64,000 nt of DNA from the NCBI GenBank assembly GCA_963799845.1, contig CAWCYI010000004.1, positions 672,001 through 736,000 of the forward strand, given 5' to 3'. A program made the translations under genes and the position numbers. Every line of letters begins with the position of its first letter. The stretch's first letter is position 1. Of this stretch, positions 31,074-39,035 are shown in pieces. The DNA comes from an uncultured Nitrososphaerota archaeon (GTDB taxonomy: Archaea; Thermoproteota; Nitrososphaeria; Nitrososphaerales; CADDZS01). A model generated the notes under the pieces. That model was not told where the DNA came from, made no database searches, and worked only from the letters and a program-made list of their open reading frames with translations.

Positions 31074-32527
31074 TTAGATACTTTTGAATGTCGCTCCAGG
31101 ATTTGCCGGCGATCGGAATGCGCTTTTCTCTCTGCCTTTGGAATCAAACCAGATGGCGGTTGGTGTTCGGGTGACTTTGTATTTGTCAGCGAGACTGCCA
31201 CAGGCGTCCATTTCGATTGGTGCTTTTAGTATTGGAATTTTATCGCCGATTGCTTCATTTGCTGCTTTTAGGAAAGGCGGGCAATTGTGCGTGAGATGCC
31301 CAAGTGAGCATATCAAGTCACCATCAACAGTTACGTCAAACACGTCCCCTTTGTAGAAAGTTCGTTTTATTGATTCCAAATTCATGAAATAATAATCTTC
31401 ATCGAGCCACGACATTACTCTTATTTGATTGACAAATGGGGTGAAGGTGTTGCGATATTCTTGTTTGACATTCACACGACGCCCCATTATCACGTCTTCA
31501 CCAGCAGGTGTACCGAGTTGTAACGAACTCAGATAGCCAAGCTTGATTCCCGGAAATTGAAGTCCATGCGCAAGCTCTTTACTAACAGTTGATGATCTGT
31601 GGCCATGAATTTCCGGAGTTCCATCGCCTTCCAGATAGTTTTTCAGCAGTATTGATCCCATTCTGTTTGGAAGCGCCAGTTCCCGCCCGGCAAACGTTTT
31701 CCGATTGCACCTCTTCCAAAATGATGTGCTAAAAAACGCCCCAGCTTCATCGAATACACAAACAACCTAACACCGTCCTTCGTTGATTTAATGCTGTTTG
31801 ACACTTTCAGTCGTTTAAAATGCTGGGATAATTACAAGGCGCCCTCATATTCCAAATTGCTTTTTCCTAGACTGAATAGTACATCCGTCTTTTTTGGCAC
31901 AAATGTACCTTCTGCGAGATACCTTCCCGCAACAGCCAACATATCATCATTAAGCGGGATCCGCTGGACACGTCTGATGCATCTAACTCTGATTCCATCC
32001 CAGTAATGCTGTCTTTGTGAATATTCATGCGTTGTTTCGATAAATACTAGCGCTACCATTTCGGGCCGTGGTCTTGGAAGACAGAGGAATGCGCTCTCTG
32101 GAATATCAGCTGCTCTCGACCACATCTGACTCAGTTGAGAACCATTCCGCACAGGGATGGCAGCCATGTATTCATGGTCGGGCGTGGTGTTGGTAACTGC
32201 ATACGAACCATGTGTCTTACACCAATTATCTCGCCAGCGAACTCGTGTTTATTGATTGATTTCACGGAGCGAATATGCCATCTTCGGTTAGAACGAGGTC
32301 GCCAACCACCAAAGTTTCCACTGTTTTGATTCTAGAGGCAGTCATGATTTCCTCGCCTCTTGGAAAGCAAAGGGGGCACCCTCCTGCTGCGTCAATACTA
32401 GCAATTCGACACAAGGCAATTTGATCTTCAGAATTGATGTTCCCGAGTTTGCAATAAAGAATGCCTCGGATTGAGGTTCGGATGATACAGGAGCGGGACT
32501 TGATTTCCTTCCTTCCTCATCTGCCAT
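31074..32527 (-). pseudogene. Thioredoxin/glutaredoxin-fold gene interrupted by an intein (4 frameshifts, 1 in-frame stop)
   Basis: Reconstructed spliced product: ...ELLVLTQQEG-CPL|CPPFLKAANEAIGDKIPILKAPIEMDACGSLADKYKVTRTPTAIWFDSKGRE, with CxxC and the LA.KY.V...PT cis-Pro motif. Confidence 0.8.
31284..32369 (-). mobile_element. Intein with LAGLIDADG homing endonuclease (~360 aa, decayed)
   Basis: Block A CFPRGEEIMTASRIKTVETLVVGDLVLTEDG; block B TTPDH; block C VAGRYLAEG; block D FGRGAIGKRLP; block E LKNYLEGDG; block H STVSKELAHGLQ; blocks F/G GDVFDVTVDGDLICSLGHLTHN followed by Cys+1. Confidence 0.92.
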
Positions 32528-32724
32528 AACATACGAGAAAGACTCTCCGTTAAGAACAAGAAGGGCGACCGGCTCAGAGTTTATCTCAGAGCCTCTTGCA
32601 GGCATTAAGAGACGCTTAACTCGTCTAACCTGTCCCGGATAAACTCTGGAGCCTCCCTTGGTGGAATTCCTTTGGAAGCGTCGTGAGTCTGCCCTATCCC
32701 TTCCTTAGGTGTGTCAGGATAGCC

Positions 32725-32982
32725 TCAGGCTCTTTTTGAATTGGAATCCAGAGCTTTGTATCCATACCACTGCTGTGCAACTACCTTCCAGTCGGCGATC
32801 GGTCGACCTTCATTGCTGATTCTACGCCGCATCAAGAGCCTCTTTTTCATTCTATCGACTGCGTCCTGCGAAGAAAGCTCGTCCGTGTTGAACTTTCTTG
32901 CAAACCCATCTAATATTCTCGCGGAAGTAATTTTTACTTTTTTGCCAAGTTTGTACTGCACACTCGGAGGGAAAGACGTCAT
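32725..32982 (-). CDS. Basic hypothetical protein in the island
   Basis: 85-aa ATG ORF, co-oriented upstream of the thioredoxin pseudogene. Confidence 0.5.
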   Translation of the reverse strand: MTSFPPSVQYKLGKKVKITSARILDGFARKFNTDELSSQDAVDRMKKRLLMRRRISNEGRPIADWKVVAQQWYGYKALDSNSKRA

Positions 32983-33075
32983 ATATTAATGACTAACCTG
33001 TGTCAGAATTCCGTCGTAGAAAATTCGCTAAAAGCATAATAGTGTCAGGTAGAGCCAACGTCTTCGGTTCATAGC

Positions 33076-33957
33076 ATGATACCGTCTTCGTTTGAGTACT
33101 ATTCGCCTACTACTCTTCCGGAAGCACTTTCTTTGCTCCAGAAATCTGGAGAGAACGCCAAGATCCTGGCCGGGGGGCAAAGCCTGATTCCTGTAATGAA
33201 ATTGAGACTGGGTTCACCGTCTCATCTCATTGATATCAATCGAGTTCAGGGATTGAATTACATCCGGGAATCTAATGGTGTTTTGCAGATAGGCGCAATG
33301 ACGAGAATGGCAGATCTTGAATCTTCCGATCTTCTCCGGTCGAAGTATGGTATTCTCCACGATGCGGCTATGAATATTGCAGATCCCTTGGTTCGTAACA
33401 GGGGCACTGCTGGTGGAAACATCAGCCACGCCGACCCAGCGAATGATCTTCCTGCAACAATGCTTGCTCTAGATGCAGAATTTCACGCCATCGGACCAAA
33501 TGGATCAAAGAAATTTAAGGCACAGGACTTTTTCGTTGATACGTTCACTACATCGCTGTCTCACGATGATATTCTGACAGAAATCCAAGTTCCCGCCCAC
33601 ACTCCCGGAAGTGGAGGAGCTTACTTGAAACTGGAAAAGAGAGTTGGAGATTTCGCAATTGTCGGAGTGGGTGTTCAAATCTCCTTGGATAGTAGGGGAA
33701 CATGTTTGAAAGCCGGAATCGGATTGACGGCCGTTGGGCCTACTGCGATAAAAGCGACGAATTCTGAAGAATATTTGGTAGGAAAAAATCTCGCGGACGT
33801 GAGTGTCCTTTCAAGAGCTGGAGTATTGGCATCGGAACAATCGAGTCCGACAACAGACCTGAGGGGCCCCCTGGAATACAAGAAAGAGATGGTAAAGATC
33901 TTCGTTATTCGTTCGCTGAAGGTAGCCCATAAGCGGACTGTTGGAGGGGGAATGTAA
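33076..33957 (+). CDS. coxM: CO dehydrogenase medium (FAD) subunit
   Basis: [40 protein letters not shown]. Confidence 0.95.
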   Translation: MIPSSFEYYSPTTLPEALSLLQKSGENAKILAGGQSLIPVMKLRLGSPSHLIDINRVQGLNYIRESNGVLQIGAMTRMADLESSDLLRSKYGILHDAAMNIADPLVRNRGTAGGNISHADPANDLPATMLALDAEFHAIGPNGSKKFKAQDFFVDTFTTSLSHDDILTEIQVPAHTPGSGGAYLKLEKRVGDFAIVGVGVQISLDSRGTCLKAGIGLTAVGPTAIKATNSEEYLVGKNLADVSVLSRAGVLASEQSSPTTDLRGPLEYKKEMVKIFVIRSLKVAHKRTVGGGM

Positions 33958-33970
33958 GACGGTGAACAAG

Positions 33971-34459
33971 ATGAATATTTCCGTGAATGTAAACGGCCAG
34001 GATCGAAAGGCGGAAGTCGAACCCCGTTTACTTTTGGTCCATCTCTTGAGGGAAAAACTGAATCTCACGGGAACGCATATCGGTTGCGACACCTCAAATT
34101 GTGGAGCCTGTACTGTTCTGCTTGATGACAAAGCGGTAAAATCATGCACTGTCTTTGCGGTTCAGGCGAATGGTTCTAGGGTAACTACCGTGGAAGGCCT
34201 AGCGCAGGGAAGCAAGCTGCATCCAATTCAAGAAGGATTCTGGGAAAAACATGGGCTCCAGTGTGGCTTTTGCACTCCTGGTATGATGCTAGCCTCAGTT
34301 GAGTTACTTCGAAAGAATCCCAATCCGAGTGAAGAAGAGATCAGAAGAGGGATCTCGGGTAATCTTTGTAGATGCACTGGATACGTCAAGATAGTGGAAG
34401 CTGTTCAATACGCCGCTGAAAAGATGCGGCAGCAGCAGATTGAGGTGCCCGCGAGGTAA
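33971..34459 (+). CDS. coxS: CO dehydrogenase small (2Fe-2S) subunit
   Basis: [29 protein letters not shown]. Confidence 0.96.
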   Translation: MNISVNVNGQDRKAEVEPRLLLVHLLREKLNLTGTHIGCDTSNCGACTVLLDDKAVKSCTVFAVQANGSRVTTVEGLAQGSKLHPIQEGFWEKHGLQCGFCTPGMMLASVELLRKNPNPSEEEIRRGISGNLCRCTGYVKIVEAVQYAAEKMRQQQIEVPAR

Positions 34460-34478
34460 TCCAAGAGGGTAATCGAAA

Positions 34479-36836
34479 TTGGCAACAATCACAGAAACAC
34501 CAGTAATTAACGGACTAGGCCATCCGATTAAGCGGAAAGAGGACCCTTCACTGATACGCGGCAGAGGTCACTACGTCGACGATGTCAAGCTGGAGGGGAT
34601 GCTATTCCTCGACTTCGTCAGAAGTCCATACGCCCATGCTAAGATCAAGAGCATCAACGCAGAGAAGGCGAAAGCCCTTCCAGGAGTCGTGGCCGTCATC
34701 ACTGGAAATGACCTCAAGGGACTGGGTCTTGACTGGATTCCTACTCTCGCCTATGACAAAATGATGGTTTTGCCCACTGAGAAGGTGGTCTTTCAGATGC
34801 AGGAGGTGGTAGGTGTCGTGGCGGAGGACAGATACATTGCCGCAGACGCCGTTGCCCTAATTGACGTCGAATATGAGGCTCTTCCTGTAGTCTCAGATCC
34901 TTTCAAGGCACTTGAGAAGGATTCTCCGATAGTCCGACCCGACAAAGGGACAAACCACATTTTCCACTGGGAGGTTGGAGATCGAGCTACAACGGACAAG
35001 GCGATCGCCGATGCTGATGTAGTCGTAAAGCAGGATATGTACTATCCCAGGATCCATGTTTCTTACATGGAGACCTGCGGTTGCGTTGCGGATTTTGATC
35101 CGGTCGAAGGTCATCTGACTTTATGGATGACATCCCAAGCGCCTCATGCTGTAAGGACCGTAGCAGCGATGGTCACAAAAATTCCTGAGAACAAGATCCG
35201 GATAATCTCTCCCGATATTGGAGGAGGATTCGGTGGCAAAGTGTACGTCTATCCAGGGTATATTGTGGCAGCAGTTGGCTCGATAATAACCGGTCATCCA
35301 GTAAAGTGGATCAACGATCGCTCTGACGACCAGCCATCGACGGCCTTTGGAAGGGACTTCCACATGTCGGGCGAAATAGCGGCGAAAAAAGACGGAACGA
35401 TCACGGCAGTTAAGATAAAGACAATCAGCGATCATGGGGCTTTCCACGGAGATGCTAACCCGACTAAGTTTCCAGTTGGACTGTTCAGTATCGTCACCGG
35501 CTCGTACGATATGAAAAATGCTTTCTGCGAAGTCGATGCTGCATACACAAACAAGCCCCTCGGCGGGATCACCTATCGCTGTTCGTTCAGAGTTACCGAA
35601 GCCGTTTACATCATCGAAAGAATGGTTGACATCCTCGCCCACAAAATCGGGATGGACCCCGCGGAATTGAGAATGAAGAATTTCATTCCCAAGGAAAAGT
35701 TTCCGTACAAATCAGTCCTCGGCTGGACTTATGATAGCGGAGACTACGCTCCCGCATTGAAAAAGGCGATGGACAGGATCGGGTACGACGATCTACGAAG
35801 GGAGCAGGAGGAGAAAAGGAAGAAGGGTGAATTGATGGGGATTGGTATCAGTAGCTTCACCGAAATCGTTGGCGCTGGGCCGTCGCACGATTTCGACATT
35901 CTTGGGTTGAAGATGTTCGACAGCGCTGAAATCAGGATCCATCCAACCGGCAAAGTGATCGCGAGATTTGGAACGAAGTCACAGGGTCAAGGACATCAGA
36001 CGACATATGCCCAGATTATCGCTGAGGAGCTGGGAATCCCGACTGATGACATTGTCGTCGAAGAGGGCGACACTGATACCGCTCCTTATGGTCTCGGGAC
36101 ATACGCTAGCAGAAGTACTCCTACGGCGGGTGCTGCGGCATCAATGGCTTCACGAAAGATTCGCGACAAGGCAAAGAAAATTGCAGCGTACCTGCTTGAA
36201 GCCAGAGAGGAAGATCTCGTCTGGGAAAGGGGCAGGTTCTACGTGAAAGGCTCTCCTGACCGCGGTAAGACTATCCAAGAGATCGCTTTTGCCGCGTACA
36301 CGAATAATCCTCCCGGCGTGGAGGCGGGCCTCGAAGCCGTTGACTATTACGATCCTCCCAACATGACGTTTCCATTCGGGAGTTACATCTGCGTGGTCGA
36401 TATCGATAGGGGAACCGGCGAAGCAAAAGTTAGGCGTTTCATCGCTGTCGACGACTGCGGCAACATCATAAACCCGCTAATCGTTGACGGACAGATTCAG
36501 GGAGCCCTGACCATGGGGTTCGGAACGTCCTTCCTCGAAGAGATCAAGTACGATGAAGACGGTAACGTCTATGGAGGGAACTTTATGGACTACCTGATTC
36601 CTACAGCCGTAGAAACTCCAAAGTGGGAGACCGACAAGACAGTGACGCCATCACCTCATCACCCGCTCGGCCTGAAAGGAGTTGGAGAATCTGCCACGGT
36701 TGGTTCCCCAGCGGCTTTCGTCAATGCAGTCGTTGACGCCCTAGCCCACGTTGGAATAACTCAAATCGAAATGCCCCTGAATCCTTGGAAGATCCGGAAA
36801 GCCCTAGAAGAGAAAGGACTTGCGTTAGAAAGTTAG
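34479..36836 (+). CDS. coxL: Form I aerobic Mo-Cu CO dehydrogenase large subunit
   Basis: GGGFGGK, active-site ITYRCSFRVTEA (form I AYXCSFR variant, Cu-ligand Cys kept), QGQGHQTT, GTYASRS, KGVGE; MSL gene order. Confidence 0.93.
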   Translation: MATITETPVINGLGHPIKRKEDPSLIRGRGHYVDDVKLEGMLFLDFVRSPYAHAKIKSINAEKAKALPGVVAVITGNDLKGLGLDWIPTLAYDKMMVLPTEKVVFQMQEVVGVVAEDRYIAADAVALIDVEYEALPVVSDPFKALEKDSPIVRPDKGTNHIFHWEVGDRATTDKAIADADVVVKQDMYYPRIHVSYMETCGCVADFDPVEGHLTLWMTSQAPHAVRTVAAMVTKIPENKIRIISPDIGGGFGGKVYVYPGYIVAAVGSIITGHPVKWINDRSDDQPSTAFGRDFHMSGEIAAKKDGTITAVKIKTISDHGAFHGDANPTKFPVGLFSIVTGSYDMKNAFCEVDAAYTNKPLGGITYRCSFRVTEAVYIIERMVDILAHKIGMDPAELRMKNFIPKEKFPYKSVLGWTYDSGDYAPALKKAMDRIGYDDLRREQEEKRKKGELMGIGISSFTEIVGAGPSHDFDILGLKMFDSAEIRIHPTGKVIARFGTKSQGQGHQTTYAQIIAEELGIPTDDIVVEEGDTDTAPYGLGTYASRSTPTAGAAASMASRKIRDKAKKIAAYLLEAREEDLVWERGRFYVKGSPDRGKTIQEIAFAAYTNNPPGVEAGLEAVDYYDPPNMTFPFGSYICVVDIDRGTGEAKVRRFIAVDDCGNIINPLIVDGQIQGALTMGFGTSFLEEIKYDEDGNVYGGNFMDYLIPTAVETPKWETDKTVTPSPHHPLGLKGVGESATVGSPAAFVNAVVDALAHVGITQIEMPLNPWKIRKALEEKGLALES

Positions 36837-36856
36837 CAAGAAACAAACCCACGGAG

Positions 36857-37090
36857 GTGGCTTTCACGAGCTACAACGAGAAAGGGCTGCCTCTCGTGGC
36901 GACTCTGACTATGTTCGCGATGCTCGCGGGATTCTTGCTCGTATTCCTGCTTCCGTACAGTCAGGTTTTCGGATGGGCTGTATTTCTAACAGTGGAGGTA
37001 ACAATCTGCGCATTAATAGTAAAGAAACTTCTTGAGGCGAGAAGACGAATTTCTGCCGCTAAATTATCTAAGGATTCAAAGTTGCATTGA
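36857..37090 (+). CDS. Two-TM membrane protein directly after coxL
   Basis: GTG start 20 bp after the coxL stop; two hydrophobic helices and a basic tail. Confidence 0.6.
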   Translation: MAFTSYNEKGLPLVATLTMFAMLAGFLLVFLLPYSQVFGWAVFLTVEVTICALIVKKLLEARRRISAAKLSKDSKLH

Positions 37091-37305
37091 TTTGTGATAC
37101 ATATAATTAGGGCATTTAAGCCCGCAATTTGGGCCGCCGTTGACAGTACAGGCTATTATTTGCGTGACTTTCAATTATCAATATAGTATCGGGAACCGCT
37201 ACAATCTCAACTCATGAAGAGGATTTGCAGGAGTTACTAGCAAGTTCGACAGCCGGTAACACAATCTCGATATTCGATCCCGTCATTCTGAAAATAAGGT
37301 AAGTT

Positions 37306-38301
37306 ATGTCCCAGACTCCAGCCGAGAAATTCTTCTGGCGGAAAGATCCGACCAGCGAGGAACCGCGGGAGGCCACGACTACGTCGAAACAACCGACTCC
37401 CGCCAAAATCGAGACGATTGAGAATAAGGCTAAACTGAAGTCAACAGTTCTGATCGGAATACCATGTCACAATTCTGAGGGAACCATCGCGAAGGCAATT
37501 GTCCGCCTATTACCTCTTGGAGCAGATATTGTCGTTTGTGATGACGGATCGTCAGATTCGACTGAGGAAATTTCCAGAAAGATGGGATGCCTAATTATCA
37601 AGCATCCGAGAGAGCTCGGAAGATCAGACGCTGTAACCTCCCTTTTCCTGGCTGCAAAAAAACTCCAAGCCGAGGCCCTCCTTACAGTGGCCGTAGATTC
37701 CAATTTCAATCTGATGGACGCGACGAAATTAATCGATGCCGTGGAAAAAGGTGAGGTCGATATCGCAATTGGATCACGGTTGGATCGTGATTCCATAGAT
37801 CGGGCTCACAACGAGGGCCAGATTGCCGACAAAGGTTCTATCTTCCGTTCTTATGGAAAGAAAGCCCTAACATTGATTTCTCCTCCAGGAACTGGAAGCG
37901 TCGTGGTCGAGAAGGAAGTACTCGAGTTTGCAGAGCAGCAGGGCCTTAAGGTGAGAGAGTTTCCTATCACTCAGGCAGCCATTATTCCAGTTGCGGAGAC
38001 AAAACAAGCCCAATTCGACTTCGATTCAAGATTCATGAATTATGCCGCGATCAAACATCCGCTGGTATTTCTGGGAATACCGTCTCTTGGGTTTCTCTAT
38101 GTGTCCGTGCTTAAGACAGCGCTGGGAACTGATTTCGCCAACTTCTCACTGGCGACTTTGCAGAAATTTGCTCTGTCTCTTGCAAGCTCTCCTCTTTTTA
38201 TTGCATCGATAGCACTCTCAATCGGATCAGCTGTTCTCTATTCTCAGAAACAGATATTCGCAAAGCTAGACGTGATTAATCGAAAAGAAGAACGGCTCTG
38301 A
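37306..38301 (+). CDS. GT2 (Dpm1-like) glycosyltransferase with C-terminal TM helices, degenerate
   Basis: IPCHN.EGTI, CDDGSSDST, HPRELG; the DxD position reads AVD. Confidence 0.75.
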   Translation: MSQTPAEKFFWRKDPTSEEPREATTTSKQPTPAKIETIENKAKLKSTVLIGIPCHNSEGTIAKAIVRLLPLGADIVVCDDGSSDSTEEISRKMGCLIIKHPRELGRSDAVTSLFLAAKKLQAEALLTVAVDSNFNLMDATKLIDAVEKGEVDIAIGSRLDRDSIDRAHNEGQIADKGSIFRSYGKKALTLISPPGTGSVVVEKEVLEFAEQQGLKVREFPITQAAIIPVAETKQAQFDFDSRFMNYAAIKHPLVFLGIPSLGFLYVSVLKTALGTDFANFSLATLQKFALSLASSPLFIASIALSIGSAVLYSQKQIFAKLDVINRKEERL

Positions 38302-38439
38302 CCCTAAAATTCTGGGATCACTGAGACGGAATCCATTTCTTCTATTTTCGGAATAAATAGAAGCAATATTCAACCGAATCTACTTGGCTAGCACGTATAT
38401 AGCACAGTCATTCATCATGAGAAGACATTCGAGATTAGC

Positions 38440-38652
38440 TTGGTCGAGAGAAGTTCTGTTGAGCATTCAATCAGCAGGCTAAACCTTTTCCTAACCGGGG
38501 GCGGATTATTTTTCTTCATCATTGGAAGCTACATGTCGCTTTCTTTCAGCTCTCAAACAGGTTTGCTTTATCCGGGTCAATACTTTTTCATTTTTGGAAT
38601 GGTCCTTTCTTTCATAGGAATAATCTCAATATTCCTGAAAACCGATTTCTAG
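38440..38652 (+). CDS. Small two-TM membrane protein
   Basis: Two hydrophobic segments. Confidence 0.55.
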   Translation: MVERSSVEHSISRLNLFLTGGGLFFFIIGSYMSLSFSSQTGLLYPGQYFFIFGMVLSFIGIISIFLKTDF

Positions 38653-38865
38653 TTCTCGGCGGCACTTCGCTGACTTCAACGTGAGAAAGGCATTCTTTTC
38701 TGCGCGAGCTCCACTTTCAAAAAGCAAGCTTACACAAAATAGTCGTTACTTAAAATCCAGAAGCTTGCGATGATTTATTCCTAATCGTTCTTTAAATTCT
38801 AGCTCTCATTGATTCATAAAGAAAAAAATTTTCTGCGTTCGCACAAGGGGAGCTGTTTTCTGAGT

Positions 38866-38936
38866 GAAGAGCTCGAAACGAGCTTTGTAAGCTCAGAAGA
38901 GCTTGAAACGAGCTGAACGGAGTCTAGAGAGCTCGA
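38866..38936. repeat. Three 30-bp-period repeats with palindromic core AGCTCG-AAA-CGAGCT
   Basis: GAAGAGCTCGAAACGAGCT at 38866, GAAGAGCTTGAAACGAGCT at 38896, partial AGAGCTCGA at 38928. Confidence 0.7.
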
Positions 38937-39035
38937 TTCTCATTGAACGTGCTTGCATTGTCCCTCCTCATTGAGACGAAAGACATTTTCTTGAGCTGAG
39001 AAAAACGGTGCAAACAGAGAATTAGGTCCTGAAAG

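Larger units (their letters stand above)
30520..33000. mobile_element. Relic accessory island (virus/plasmid-like) between coxD and coxM; ends approximate
   Basis: Contains a repeat array, an intein-split thioredoxin pseudogene and an orphan ORF. No integrase, att site or TSD was found. Confidence 0.5.

Noticed and set aside
32135-32605. Track ORFs 32135..32329(+), 32342..32605(-), 31832..32167(-) and 31074..31661(-), considered as independent genes
   Set aside because: The minus-strand ORFs are fragments of one intein-containing gene; the plus-strand ORF is its antisense shadow.
33000-33014. GTGTCAGAATTCCGT matches the reverse complement of 63206-63220 at 14/15, considered as shared element ends
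   Set aside because: A rough estimate gives over 100 such near-matches by chance in 64 kb, and there is no TSD or longer homology.
38893-38895. TGA inside the repeated peptide frame, considered as selenocysteine
   Set aside because: There is no redox motif context, SECIS or Sec machinery visible; tandem duplication explains the in-frame repeat.
38866-38936. Repeats containing GAAAC, considered as a mini-CRISPR array
   Set aside because: The 19-bp unit and 11-bp spacers are too short, there are only two full copies, and there are no cas genes.
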